Assembly (NCBI GenBank): GCA_963701665.1
Contig: OY969622.1
Location: 416,001-480,000 of the forward strand
Reading direction: 5' to 3'
DNA length: 64,000 nucleotides
Origin: Candidatus Babeliales bacterium
Lineage (GTDB): Bacteria; Babelota; Babeliae; Babelales; JANWKD01
Below the pieces are notes generated by a model that saw only the letters and a list, made by a program, of their open reading frames with translations, searched no databases and had not been told where the DNA came from. Both the position numbers and the translations under genes were made by a program. This document shows, one piece after another, positions 1-10,112 of this stretch (positions are counted from its first letter, which is position 1; the number at the start of each line of letters is the position of its first letter).

Positions 1-96
1 AATGAGCGAAAACGTTAATGTGTAACTGATTGCTATTCAAAAGTAAAAACTTTTTCTAGAGTGGTGAATGAAAGAATTTTTCAAAAGGAGTAGAAA

Positions 97-966
97 ATGA
101 ATTTCGATCTTTCACCTATACTTTCATGCATGGGATTATTGCATTGGTATAATCTTATTGAAATAGGGTGTTATGCCGCAGGTGTGTACTGTATTTCCCG
201 ATGGCTTGCGCGTGATACTCAAAAAAATCTCGTGATGCCTTTTTATGTATATTGTCTTGCCCTATGCATTTCATATTCTCTTAATCTCCCCTCGGTATAT
301 TTTCTGTTATTGTATGCAACTCCGCTCGTTTGCATAGGATTTACACTTTTTCATCAAACGCTGTTACAAAAAAATTTTATTGGTATGACAAAACGCGTGC
401 AAGCAGTGCCCATGATTAACGAAGATTGGATTGATAATTTGATGCGAGGGAGTCTTCACGCGATAAACACGAATAAAAAGTTTTCTGCACTCGTTGAACA
501 TTATGACGACATATTTCATTGTATTTCATCATCTTTTAAACTGAATGCGCCATTGGAAAATAATATACTCGAATTTTTGTTTGATAGCCCTCGCTATAAC
601 GATGATTGTTTTATTGTCGTTGATGTACATGGATATATAAAAGCGGTGAATGCACACTGGTTACATCGCGAAACTGATGGTGTTGTATCGCAGAATGATT
701 CTGAATGGGTTTCATATTGTGTAGAATTGACCCAAAAAACAGACGCGATCATGATAACCATTTCACCCGAGCAACGACTTTTTACCGTGTATGTGCAGGG
801 AAAAATCGTAGAAAATGTAACGGCCACTTCGCTCATTGCCTTATTGAAAAATTTCTCGCAGCCTTTGCTTAAAGCAGGAAAAAATAATCTGTCCCCAGTA
901 CAAGGAGCTTTTAATGAATCTTTCACTAAGAAAACTATTTTTAAGCAAACACGTCCTGAAAGTTAA
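97..966 (+). CDS. CdaA/DacA-like membrane protein with degenerate DisA_N (diadenylate cyclase) domain
   Basis: 3 N-terminal TM segments; DAC-like C-terminus (TDAIMITIS.E); precedes ybbR-like gene and glmM; DGA/RHR motifs absent. Confidence 0.65.
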   Translation: MNFDLSPILSCMGLLHWYNLIEIGCYAAGVYCISRWLARDTQKNLVMPFYVYCLALCISYSLNLPSVYFLLLYATPLVCIGFTLFHQTLLQKNFIGMTKRVQAVPMINEDWIDNLMRGSLHAINTNKKFSALVEHYDDIFHCISSSFKLNAPLENNILEFLFDSPRYNDDCFIVVDVHGYIKAVNAHWLHRETDGVVSQNDSEWVSYCVELTQKTDAIMITISPEQRLFTVYVQGKIVENVTATSLIALLKNFSQPLLKAGKNNLSPVQGAFNESFTKKTIFKQTRPES

Positions 967-1324
967 TGCATTAATTCTTGGTTATTGGTTGTGGTCCATC
1001 ATCAGCACACAACAAGTTACGACGGTGGCATATACCGTCCCATTAAGTTTTTATGGTGACCAGGAGGTAGCGGTTGAAGCGCCTGAATATGTTACGTTAA
1101 CCTTGCGTGGCTACAAAAAAGATTTATTATTAATCATGGCAGATGAATTAGCAGTGTATTGTAACACTGACACGTTGGCACGAGGAAAATTCCCTCTTGT
1201 GCTTACGCAAAAATCATTATTTTTGCCAGATTCAATCAAAATGATACACTATTCTCCCTCACCGCTTGTTATCACGGTCACAAATAATAAACAATCTGTT
1301 CTAGAAAATGAGTTGCACGCATGA
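914..1324 (+). CDS. YbbR/CdaR-like protein
   Basis: N-terminal TM (LGYWLW), then VPLSF...PEYVTLTLRG; lies between cdaA-like gene and glmM. Confidence 0.6.
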   Translation: MNLSLRKLFLSKHVLKVNALILGYWLWSIISTQQVTTVAYTVPLSFYGDQEVAVEAPEYVTLTLRGYKKDLLLIMADELAVYCNTDTLARGKFPLVLTQKSLFLPDSIKMIHYSPSPLVITVTNNKQSVLENELHA

Positions 1325-2640
1325 GAAATCTTTTTGGTACTGATGGTATTCGTGGTTGTGTTGGTGATGCACCACTAACCATTGATGGCTTACATCGGTT
1401 AGGTAATGCAATTTCATTATGGGCACAAAAAAAATATGGCGCTCATCCTACATTTTTATTAGCACATGATACGCGCGTTTCATGCTCGCTCGTCAAATCA
1501 TTATTAAAAAGTGGTCTCATGTTGCATCCCGTGCGCGTGTATGATGGCGATGTGCTGCCATCGCCCGCAGTTGTGCAGTTACTTTATCAACACCCGCAGT
1601 TTAATGCGGGTATTATTATTTCAGCTTCACATAATCCATATCATGACAATGGGATCAAGCTCGTTGATGGCGCACTCGGTAAGATTTCACTCGAGGATGA
1701 ATTGTTGATCACGCATTATTTTGATGCACATCAGATTGAATGTGATTATGCATCGCTTGGCATGGAATTTGTTTGGTCCGAGGCAGAAAAAAAATATATC
1801 GATTATGTGGTAAAATTTTTTAAGCACAATTTTTTGCATGGCATCAAAATTGTGCTGGATTGTGCTAATGGTGCTGCATATCGTGTTGCCCCGTATCTTT
1901 TTCGTGCTTTAGGCGCGGATGTTATCATGTTACATGAACAGCCCAATGGTTTTAACATTAATAAAAATTGCGGTGCTGTTCATCCAGAATGCTTACAGAA
2001 GTGCGTTATTGAACAAGGTGCAGATATCGGTTTTGCATTTGATGGTGATGCTGATCGTGTTATTGCGATTAACCGTTATGGGCATATCAAAAATGGTGAT
2101 GACATTTTGGCACTCCTCATGCAACATCCCTTGTATAAAAATACGCCCGCCATTGTTGGTACGAGTATGACTAATCAGGGTTTTGAAATGTTCCTGCACA
2201 AATTACACAAAAAATTGATTCGCACGGCCGTTGGTGATAAATATGTCGCACTCGCACTCGCAGAACAAAATCTATTATTAGGCGGAGAACCCTCGGGACA
2301 TATAATTTTGCGGGATTATTTAAATACGGGGGATGGCATTTTTGTTGCATTGCGTTTGATTGAAACAGTAATGTTCTTAGATAATTGGGAAATGGACACC
2401 TTTCAAAAATTTCCCCAAATAATTATTAACGTGCCTATTGAGCATAAAAAAGATCTTACCTCAGAACCACTTGCGCAATTGATTAGCGCGAATCAACAGC
2501 TCCTGATTGAAGGAAGATTAATAGTACGCTATTCAGGTACGGAACATTTATTGCGCATCATGATAGAGGATTTAGATCATGATCGTGCGCAAGCGATTGG
2601 TGATCGACTTTCAAAACAGCTTTTTCAATTATTAAATTAA
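1321..2640 (+). CDS. glmM: phosphoglucosamine mutase
   Basis: LFGTDGIRG, ISASHNP, FDGDADR, GGEPSGH, RYSGTE motifs. Confidence 0.95.
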   Translation: MRNLFGTDGIRGCVGDAPLTIDGLHRLGNAISLWAQKKYGAHPTFLLAHDTRVSCSLVKSLLKSGLMLHPVRVYDGDVLPSPAVVQLLYQHPQFNAGIIISASHNPYHDNGIKLVDGALGKISLEDELLITHYFDAHQIECDYASLGMEFVWSEAEKKYIDYVVKFFKHNFLHGIKIVLDCANGAAYRVAPYLFRALGADVIMLHEQPNGFNINKNCGAVHPECLQKCVIEQGADIGFAFDGDADRVIAINRYGHIKNGDDILALLMQHPLYKNTPAIVGTSMTNQGFEMFLHKLHKKLIRTAVGDKYVALALAEQNLLLGGEPSGHIILRDYLNTGDGIFVALRLIETVMFLDNWEMDTFQKFPQIIINVPIEHKKDLTSEPLAQLISANQQLLIEGRLIVRYSGTEHLLRIMIEDLDHDRAQAIGDRLSKQLFQLLN

Positions 2641-2660
2641 CCTACGCAGGATTCAAGATC

Positions 2661-3290
2661 ATGAAACGAAAATTCTTTTCTCATCTGTGGCATCAGATTC
2701 GAACTATTTTTTTGAGCGGTCTTTTTACCTTACTGCCTTTTACCTTAACCGTCGCCTTGTTTATTTTTTCTTTTCGCGTGATTAATGCATGGCTTGCACC
2801 GGTTTATCAATGGGAACCTGCAGTATTACGAGCTATTCCAGGATCACAAATTATTTTTATTCTTGTGGTGATTTTTGGATTTGGGGTACTTATTCGTTTG
2901 TTGTTTTTGGAGCCGCTTATTCATTTTCTTGAAAGAATATTTTTTAAAATTCCTTTAATGAAGCAAGTATATGGCGGTTTTAAGCAACTGGTGAAAGCAT
3001 TTAGCGCGCAGAGCGAACTTGCTTTCAAAAAGGTAGTCATTGTACCGTTTCCTACCTCAGTTAGTTATAGCATTGGCTTTTTAACGAGCGAAATTCCACA
3101 ACAAATTTTGCCTTTTGCACATGAAAAATTTTTTTATGTCTTCATTCCTACGACACCAAATCCAACGAGTGGTTTTTTAATTCAGATCGCTGAAAAAGAT
3201 ATCATCGTTATAGATTTAACACGCCAAGAAGCGATGTCATTAATTATTTCTGGCGGTATTATCCAACCCGATCGATTTAGGCATATGTAA
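2661..3290 (+). CDS. DUF502 family membrane protein
   Basis: two TM helices, VFIPTTPNPTSGF motif, C-terminal IISGG. Confidence 0.9.
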   Translation: MKRKFFSHLWHQIRTIFLSGLFTLLPFTLTVALFIFSFRVINAWLAPVYQWEPAVLRAIPGSQIIFILVVIFGFGVLIRLLFLEPLIHFLERIFFKIPLMKQVYGGFKQLVKAFSAQSELAFKKVVIVPFPTSVSYSIGFLTSEIPQQILPFAHEKFFYVFIPTTPNPTSGFLIQIAEKDIIVIDLTRQEAMSLIISGGIIQPDRFRHM

Positions 3291-3923
3291 TGATCTTGCG
3301 TACCAGTTTCTGGTCAAGCTGGGATCGTATGCAATTAATTTTTCATTTTCGCCAATAGAAAATAATTCATGATCAACTGAAAGATGCATCATGCACTCAT
3401 TATTAAAAGCGAATTTTTTTTTGCACGTAGGCATAGGGCAAGAAATTTGTTGTGTACGTTCATCGAAATGACATTTCTTTAGATGTGCGGAGAAGCCCCA
3501 GTATGAGCGTGCTTTGGTATCATTACGAGGACAAAAAGAGATGTATGTTTGGGGAGGAGAATTTCGGGGAGAATTATAAGGAATTGGAGGTACTCGGGTC
3601 CATTTAATGATTTTACTTGGAGTCGGTGATTCTGAACGGTGAAGAGTAATATCTTCTTGAACTATTTCTTCCTGATGCGACTTGTCTAAAAAGAATTCGA
3701 GAGCGTGATCATCTTTAAAATGACTAAAAAGTTCCGGTAATGAAGTACATATTTTTCCGCAATTTTCAAGTAAACAATAACATCTATCTAAGGGGTCTTC
3801 ATGATAAGAATTTTCTGCATGTTGTCTATCACATTGAAAGTTCATGCTTACACAGTGAGATTGATATAATACAGGAGTAGCGTATAAAAAAATTTTTAGT
3901 AGTTGAAACTTTTTAATTGTCAT
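3240..3923 (-). CDS. putative secreted C2H2 zinc-finger protein
   Basis: signal-like N-terminus; CLLENC..HFKDDH and CPMPTC..HLSVDH fingers. Confidence 0.7.
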   Translation of the reverse strand: MTIKKFQLLKIFLYATPVLYQSHCVSMNFQCDRQHAENSYHEDPLDRCYCLLENCGKICTSLPELFSHFKDDHALEFFLDKSHQEEIVQEDITLHRSESPTPSKIIKWTRVPPIPYNSPRNSPPQTYISFCPRNDTKARSYWGFSAHLKKCHFDERTQQISCPMPTCKKKFAFNNECMMHLSVDHELFSIGENEKLIAYDPSLTRNWYARSLHMPKSIGLDNTARNN

Positions 3924-3960
3924 AATAATTATTGATGTAAAGTCAAAGAAAACCTTTTAA

Positions 3961-4620
3961 TTATTCAGATATCCTATGAATAGTTATACCTTCCATTTCG
4001 ACTATTTCTTCTCCACACGGCGTTTCAGTAAAAAAATTCATATCATGCTCCCCGTTAAGATGGTTAAAGACTCCTTGAGCGGTAACAAATTTTTTACCAC
4101 ACTTTGCCATTAAACAAAAAATAATGGTTGGCAGTATTATAGGAGCTGATTTATTTTGTTTAGGGATGGGAGCTAATCGGGGGGCGTAGGGAACCAACGT
4201 GTCATTTGCTATTGAAAAAAGTTGGTGATCTGCAGAAAAATGTTGAACAACGTCCGCTTGATACGTGAATACTTGCAAACAAATATAACAATAATGTCGT
4301 TTTATTTCGTCTATGAAGTGATGCCTTCCAATATGATGTTCCAAGCCTGGTTTTGTTATAGCGGATGTTTGCTGACAAGGACAAAAAGAACGAGGTCGAT
4401 ACGGTGATGAAAACCCGAGCATTTCCAGTTCATTTGAATAGCGAATGGGATCCCGAGACGAAAAAATCTCTAATGATGAATCATTTTTTGCTTGGTCATG
4501 TTCTAAATATCCATTTAATAAGGCACATTGAAAATTCATGCCTACACAGTAAGGCTGATAGAATATAGCAATTGAGATTGAAAAAAAATTCAATAAATGA
4601 ATTTTTCTAAGTTTTGCCAT
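3961..4620 (-). CDS. putative secreted C2H2 zinc-finger protein
   Basis: signal peptide; CYIC..HFSADH and CLMAKC..HLNGEH; paralog of neighbours. Confidence 0.7.
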   Translation of the reverse strand: MAKLRKIHLLNFFSISIAIFYQPYCVGMNFQCALLNGYLEHDQAKNDSSLEIFSSRDPIRYSNELEMLGFSSPYRPRSFCPCQQTSAITKPGLEHHIGRHHFIDEIKRHYCYICLQVFTYQADVVQHFSADHQLFSIANDTLVPYAPRLAPIPKQNKSAPIILPTIIFCLMAKCGKKFVTAQGVFNHLNGEHDMNFFTETPCGEEIVEMEGITIHRISE

Positions 4621-4719
4621 AGTTATACCATATGCTATTAATTTAAAAAATTACTCATTGTAGTATAACATAAAGATATATTTTTTAATATAATCTTAGC
4701 TTAAAAGAAGTGGCACTAT

Positions 4720-5337
4720 TTAATCGTCAATTGAGGGGCGCAGGGAAATTCGCCTATTTTGCTGCTGTTTTTGGTTAAATTTAAATAATGAACGACCATC
4801 TCTATAAAAGAATTTATGAGTGCCTTCCAAATGATCGATGACAAGAAGAGCAGATTCAAATTCTTCCTTACATTCTGGACATTCATGTTTCCCCGTAATT
4901 TCATTGAAATGATGGCAGAAGATATGTTTAGCAAGCCCATGTGTGCTTGTTGCTTCAGTTTTTTTGCAGGGACAGAATGAACCTTCGAATATGTTGTTGC
5001 GAGGTCTTTTTTGTTTGGGCTTATTTTTAGTTTTTTTTATGCTAATTGTCAGCTTTGCAGGTTGCCTGTGATGTTTTTGGACATTTTTGATGGTATCCGG
5101 TTTTGAAGTAGTAGGTAAAGGCTCTGGTAATGAATTTTCAGATATGAGGTTCAGTTGTTCTTCATCGTAGATATTTTGAGTTTCCCGAAGGAAATCCTGT
5201 TCTGTATATTGTTGTATTTTTTTTAGCTCTCCTAGCATTGGTAAAAACCAACAATGATAATTCATACTAAAGCTAGAAGAACAATATATGATAGTTAAAA
5301 CTAAAAATAGATGCAGCGTGTTAAACTGTATTGCCAT
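4720..5337 (-). CDS. putative secreted C2H2 zinc-finger protein with basic patch
   Basis: signal peptide; SFCPC..HHF and CPEC..HLEGTH; KKTKNKPKQKRPR. Confidence 0.7.
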   Translation of the reverse strand: MAIQFNTLHLFLVLTIIYCSSSFSMNYHCWFLPMLGELKKIQQYTEQDFLRETQNIYDEEQLNLISENSLPEPLPTTSKPDTIKNVQKHHRQPAKLTISIKKTKNKPKQKRPRNNIFEGSFCPCKKTEATSTHGLAKHIFCHHFNEITGKHECPECKEEFESALLVIDHLEGTHKFFYRDGRSLFKFNQKQQQNRRISLRPSIDD

Positions 5338-5528
5338 AAGATTCCTTTTAGTATGTGTAAGTTTTCAAACGATCGTTTTTGGAACTTTTGCAAAATTATA
5401 GTAGCAGAGTAGCAATTTTTTTACAGATTTTTCTGCTTTTATCCATGAGTGATGCTTGCATTCATTTGTTTTGTGTGGTTAGACTACTTGCATATTAACA
5501 TTAAACTTACTTATCAAAGGAAAGTATC

Positions 5529-6023
5529 ATGGAAAAAGCAGATATTGGGATATCAGAAAAAAACTGTAGTAATGTTGCAGAAATCCTTAACAAATTATTA
5601 GCCAATGAATATGTGCTTTATACTAAAACATTAAATTACCATTGGAACGTTGTTGGGGAAGATTTTTATCCATTACACCTTTTTTTTGAAAAACAATATG
5701 AAGAAATGCTCGACATTGTCGATGATGTTGCAGAACGCGCGCGTGCTGTCGGCGGGAAAGCGATCGCATCATTAAAAGAATTCCTCAAATTAACGACGCT
5801 CGATGAGTCATTATTTGGCGATGGTAAAACCGCGCATGAAATGTTGCACCAACTGCTGGATGATCATGAAACAATCATCAAACAAATTCGTAAAGATATT
5901 GATATTACTTTGGATAAATATGATGATGCGGGTACGAGCAACTTCTTATCTGAATTGATCGAAAAACAAGAAAAAATGGCATGGATGCTTCGCGCCTTTG
6001 TCAGTAGACGCGTGGTGAAGTAA
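5529..6023 (+). CDS. dps: DNA protection during starvation protein (ferritin-like)
   Basis: YHWNVVG, DDVAER, EKMAWML motifs. Confidence 0.95.
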   Translation: MEKADIGISEKNCSNVAEILNKLLANEYVLYTKTLNYHWNVVGEDFYPLHLFFEKQYEEMLDIVDDVAERARAVGGKAIASLKEFLKLTTLDESLFGDGKTAHEMLHQLLDDHETIIKQIRKDIDITLDKYDDAGTSNFLSELIEKQEKMAWMLRAFVSRRVVK

Positions 6024-6066
6024 TAAATAAAGTATATTTGATAGTAGCTGACAATTTTACAAAAAC

Positions 6067-6177
6067 GTCATTCTGAGGAGCGAAGCGACGTAGGAATCCA
6101 GAACTTTAATAAGTTCCTTTATGAATTAATTTTATAGACTGGATTGCTACGCCCATCGTAGATGGGCTCACAATGAC
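6067..6177 (+). repeat. REP-like palindromic doublet (GTCAT...ATCCA / TGGAT...ATGAC)
   Basis: GTCATTCTGAGGAGCGAAGCGACGTAGGAATCCA, AT-rich spacer, then inverted unit ending CAATGAC; recurs in window. Confidence 0.9.
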
Positions 6178-6184
6178 AGGGGTT

Positions 6185-8413
6185 TTAAGCCGGCTTTAAA
6201 AAGTCGGCTTTTATTTTCTTAAGACCTGCTTTGAATTGTACGGTGGCATAGGTCGTTGTATCATCTTTTTGTTCAAGATTTTTTATAATTCCTAAACCAA
6301 ACTTTGTATGACGTACTGACTGTTTTTCGCGAAAAACGGTTTTTTTGTCCGTTGGATGTTCGATGCGTTCTTTCTGTGCAGCGCCAAACGTAATAACAGG
6401 CGATAATTTTTTTGTGACCTTTTCCCCAAACCACGAAGAAAAGAAAGCTACCAATTGATGAGTGTCCCAGCCTGAAACATCGTGCCTTGGTGCGAGTGCA
6501 GAAGGAATCTCATCCAAGAAACGCGAGCCAATTTGATCGTTCATGGTGCCAAAGGTGTAACGATAGCGCGCGTGTGAAAAAAGAATATATTCCTTTGCAC
6601 GCGTTATGCCAACATAAAGAAGCCGGCGTTCTTCTTCAAGACGTGCGCTTTCATAAAGCGCGTGCATGCTTGGGAATAATCCTTCTTCTAATCCTGTCAG
6701 TGCAACAACATCAAACTCAAGTCCTTTTGCCGCGTGCAAGGTCATGAGCTGAACATGATCGTGCTGCTCTTTTGTTTGTGCGATTTTTTCTTGCATCAAC
6801 GTAATTTCTTGTAATAACAAGCCGACTGATCTGATGCCTTGTTCTTCAAAATGACAAACTGCGCGCAACAGCTCTTTAATATTTTCAGTTTTTGCTTGCG
6901 CTTCCTCTGGTTCGAAGTTTTCTTTTAAATAGGTAAAATAGTGCGTATCAGCAAGAATGGTATTTATGCAGCCGAGTGGCTTAGCATCAAAAGAAAATGA
7001 GTGAATTAATGCGATGAACTGAGTAAGTTCCGTAGCTTTTTTTCCTGCAATGGCGCCCATTTTTATTAGCTGCTGTGCCACTTCACTAAAGGTAAGTAAT
7101 GGTTCTTGCTGCCATTGTTGCTCAAAAAGTTCTTCAAATTTTTTGCCAAACCCTCGTTGCGGTACATTCACGATACGAAAGAATGAAATCCTATCAAACG
7201 GATTTGCAATGAGGCGTAAATAGGCAAAGATATCTTTTATTTCTTTGCGCTCGTAAAATTGAATGCCGCCAATTATTTTATAAGGAATCGAGTGGCGAAT
7301 GAGCGCTTCTTCAATGATACGCGATTGATAATGCGCGCGATATAACACGGCGATCGAGTGATCTTTTTTTTCTTTTTTCATCCGATCGACTAGATGTGCA
7401 CACGCTTCACCTTCTTGATAGCCAGAAAGGCAGGTAATAACGCGTGCGCGCTGCGTTGCTTCTTTTTCTGACCAAATCTTTTTTGGGTTACGATAGGTAT
7501 TGTGCTCAATCACCTGATTGGCAATGTTCAAAATTGGTTGAACCGAGCGATAATTTTGTTCAATTTTGATGCGCGTGGTATTTGGAAAATCGTTGGTGAA
7601 TTGCATGATGTTAGCCACCGTGGCCCCTCGCCAAGAATAAATCGATTGATCTTCATCGCCGACAACACACAAAGAATCAAGAACGAACGTATCATTGTTG
7701 AGTGCCATATGTTTGAGCAATGCATGTTGCACGTGATTGGTATCTTGATACTCATCAACAAGTACATGGCGTATGGTGGCTTGAAACTGCTCTTTGAACC
7801 ATGTGTTGTTTGCAAATAATGCATTGACTTCAAGCAATAAATCATCAAAATCGATAACTTTGTTTACTTTTTTTTCTTTTTCATAGGTAGCATAGAGTTG
7901 CTCAAAGAGTTGTTCCTGCTGCGACGTTTCATGATCTCCTTGATAAGCTCCGCTATTTTTTTTGAGTGAAATTTGATAGCCCAATGTTTTAGCCGTAATT
8001 TTTTTTTCTGCATGAATTTGTTTGATCAATTTTTGTAACATGCTTTGTTGATCATCGGCATCAATAATGGAAAAAGGATCATGAGGAGCAAGTTGTGGAT
8101 GCTTTCTTAAAAGATATAAGCAGTAGGAATGAAAGGTGCCGATAAATGGTTTTGGTCCACCGCCAAGCTGTGCAGTGATTCTTTCTTTCATCTCACTCGC
8201 AGCTTTGTTCGTGAACGTCAATGCGATAATTGCGTACGGTGGTACGCGCTCGTTTAAAATAAGATTGATAATGCGTGATGTGATAACGCGCGTTTTGCCC
8301 GATCCCGCACCCGCAATGATGAGTAGTGAACCCTTTTTTTGTGCAACCGCGTGTTGTTGTTCTTGATTAAGTTGTGTTGAAAAAAAATGATTGAATGATT
8401 CTTGCTGATTCAT
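6185..8413 (-). CDS. pcrA: UvrD/PcrA SF1 DNA helicase
   Basis: AGAGSGKT, VDEYQD, VGDEDQSIYSWRGA, TLHAAKGLEF, EERRLLYVGITRA. Confidence 0.95.
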   Translation of the reverse strand: MNQQESFNHFFSTQLNQEQQHAVAQKKGSLLIIAGAGSGKTRVITSRIINLILNERVPPYAIIALTFTNKAASEMKERITAQLGGGPKPFIGTFHSYCLYLLRKHPQLAPHDPFSIIDADDQQSMLQKLIKQIHAEKKITAKTLGYQISLKKNSGAYQGDHETSQQEQLFEQLYATYEKEKKVNKVIDFDDLLLEVNALFANNTWFKEQFQATIRHVLVDEYQDTNHVQHALLKHMALNNDTFVLDSLCVVGDEDQSIYSWRGATVANIMQFTNDFPNTTRIKIEQNYRSVQPILNIANQVIEHNTYRNPKKIWSEKEATQRARVITCLSGYQEGEACAHLVDRMKKEKKDHSIAVLYRAHYQSRIIEEALIRHSIPYKIIGGIQFYERKEIKDIFAYLRLIANPFDRISFFRIVNVPQRGFGKKFEELFEQQWQQEPLLTFSEVAQQLIKMGAIAGKKATELTQFIALIHSFSFDAKPLGCINTILADTHYFTYLKENFEPEEAQAKTENIKELLRAVCHFEEQGIRSVGLLLQEITLMQEKIAQTKEQHDHVQLMTLHAAKGLEFDVVALTGLEEGLFPSMHALYESARLEEERRLLYVGITRAKEYILFSHARYRYTFGTMNDQIGSRFLDEIPSALAPRHDVSGWDTHQLVAFFSSWFGEKVTKKLSPVITFGAAQKERIEHPTDKKTVFREKQSVRHTKFGLGIIKNLEQKDDTTTYATVQFKAGLKKIKADFLKPA

Positions 8414-8482
8414 AATGATAAAAAGTTTTGGTGTATTTTTTTATTGCTTCAAGGGTAATTGATTTTGCATAGTTGCGCAAAT

Positions 8483-8512
8483 ATAAAAGGAGCTCATGTG
8501 AGCTCCTTTTAT
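8483..8512. terminator. intrinsic terminator hairpin
   Basis: ATAAAAGGAGCTCA-TG-TGAGCTCCTTTTAT downstream of ORF 8526-9929. Confidence 0.8.
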
Positions 8513-8525
8513 GCTATCAGTTTAA

Positions 8526-9929
8526 TTATGTACCAAACAATTTATAGCCCGTCGGTGAATTAAAGTTTTTCATCTTACATTCAAGATTTGCAAGAAATGC
8601 TGATGCTTGATCTCGGTTGGCTTCCATTTCATTTTTTTGTGCTTGGAGTTTTTTCCGTGATTCAACATCTGATTCTTTAGATGCTTTTTTAGCTGCATTT
8701 TCAATTTCACCACTGATCTTGGTTATAGATTCTTTGGATGATCCAATGGTGTCAGATAACCCTTTTTGTCTGCGGTCAAGGTACTTTTTATGTTCTTTTC
8801 TATCATTTTCAACAATATCCAATGCTTGTCTTGCATGACGTACGTGAGCAATTTCTTGGGTAAGTTTAAGGTTAGTTTCTTGTTTTTTTTGTTTAAGTTG
8901 TTTAATTTGCTTTATAAGATCATCTTGTTCATTGCCTAAGTCGTTAATCGTTGCATCTGAACCAACAATTGCTTTTTCAATTGCAGGTTTTACATACGTA
9001 AGAATGTTCTTTGAATGACGATATACATCAAGGCCATCAGGTTGTAATCCTGCATCAATCATATCTTCTTCATCAGTTTCATAATCAGCAGCACCGTAAA
9101 GCAATTCTTTTACTTTTTTCTTATCGTCTTTGAATTTTTTTTTAAGCGATTTGTAAATAAGTTTGCAATGTTCAAATTCGATCGATTGTTTTCGTTGTTC
9201 AAAAGGCATTTTTGATGTTTTTAATTTTAAACTCAAATAAAGATTAACCAACTCTTCAGTGTCAGCCAATCGTTCATAATATGTTTTCAAACTCACTTCT
9301 TGAGGTGCAGTGATTTCTGCCAAGCTTCTACTTCCAACCATTTCGCGTTGCTTTGTAGCATCAGCAAGAAAAATTTCAATTATTTTTCGGACAGTCAACT
9401 TTGGTGCTTTCTGTTCTTTATCATTACTATAAAAAAATTCTTGAGCTTGATCTAAAGCTGCTTTATCTGGATTTTTTTCGATTGATATAAATTCTGCTAT
9501 GTCTGATTGTAAATTACCAGAGATGCTAGATTTGATTGATTTGCGTAGTGAAGATGGTGAAAGTGGTGCATTATCTTCATCACTACCCTCACTACCGTCG
9601 CCTGTTTGCTCGTCATTTTTTGGAATTATATCTTCTTGGGATTGTCTTGCAGTACCAGGTTTTGGCTCTGGCATGATAACAATATGTTCTTCAACCAAGC
9701 TTGTAATATCTAATAACTGAACTGGTTGTTTCTCACCATTTTGATTGGATGTTTCTCTTTCCATGGCGATTGATTGAGGGGCTCTAAAGCCTTCGAGTGT
9801 TATGCCATTATTGTGTAATTCGGCGAGGCCCTCTGCGACAAGCGCAAGTTCAGAATCCTCCATACAGATGCTAATAGGCGCGTATATGAACAAAAAAAGA
9901 GCAAGACAAAAAAATCGTGCGTTCTTCAT
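8526..9929 (-). CDS. putative secreted coiled-coil protein
   Basis: signal peptide ending ISIC-M; long K/E/Q heptad C-terminus; paralog of 10113-11012. Confidence 0.7.
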   Translation of the reverse strand: MKNARFFCLALFLFIYAPISICMEDSELALVAEGLAELHNNGITLEGFRAPQSIAMERETSNQNGEKQPVQLLDITSLVEEHIVIMPEPKPGTARQSQEDIIPKNDEQTGDGSEGSDEDNAPLSPSSLRKSIKSSISGNLQSDIAEFISIEKNPDKAALDQAQEFFYSNDKEQKAPKLTVRKIIEIFLADATKQREMVGSRSLAEITAPQEVSLKTYYERLADTEELVNLYLSLKLKTSKMPFEQRKQSIEFEHCKLIYKSLKKKFKDDKKKVKELLYGAADYETDEEDMIDAGLQPDGLDVYRHSKNILTYVKPAIEKAIVGSDATINDLGNEQDDLIKQIKQLKQKKQETNLKLTQEIAHVRHARQALDIVENDRKEHKKYLDRRQKGLSDTIGSSKESITKISGEIENAAKKASKESDVESRKKLQAQKNEMEANRDQASAFLANLECKMKNFNSPTGYKLFGT

Positions 9930-10057
9930 GATGATAATACTCCTTATTTTTTTTGAATATGAGTTAGTTGGTGAAGAAAACTGAGCCTACTATAATACAC
10001 GAGTTGGTTTTTTGGAAGAGATAATGAGTAATTATGATGGGTGATTAAAAAAGAATG

Positions 10058-10086
10058 AAAAAGCCTATCAAAATGATAGGCTTTTT
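10058..10086. terminator. intrinsic terminator hairpin
   Basis: AAAAAGCCTATCA-AAA-TGATAGGCTTTTT. Confidence 0.8.
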
Positions 10087-10112
10087 TAAATATTAGGGAT
10101 GGATGTTGATTT

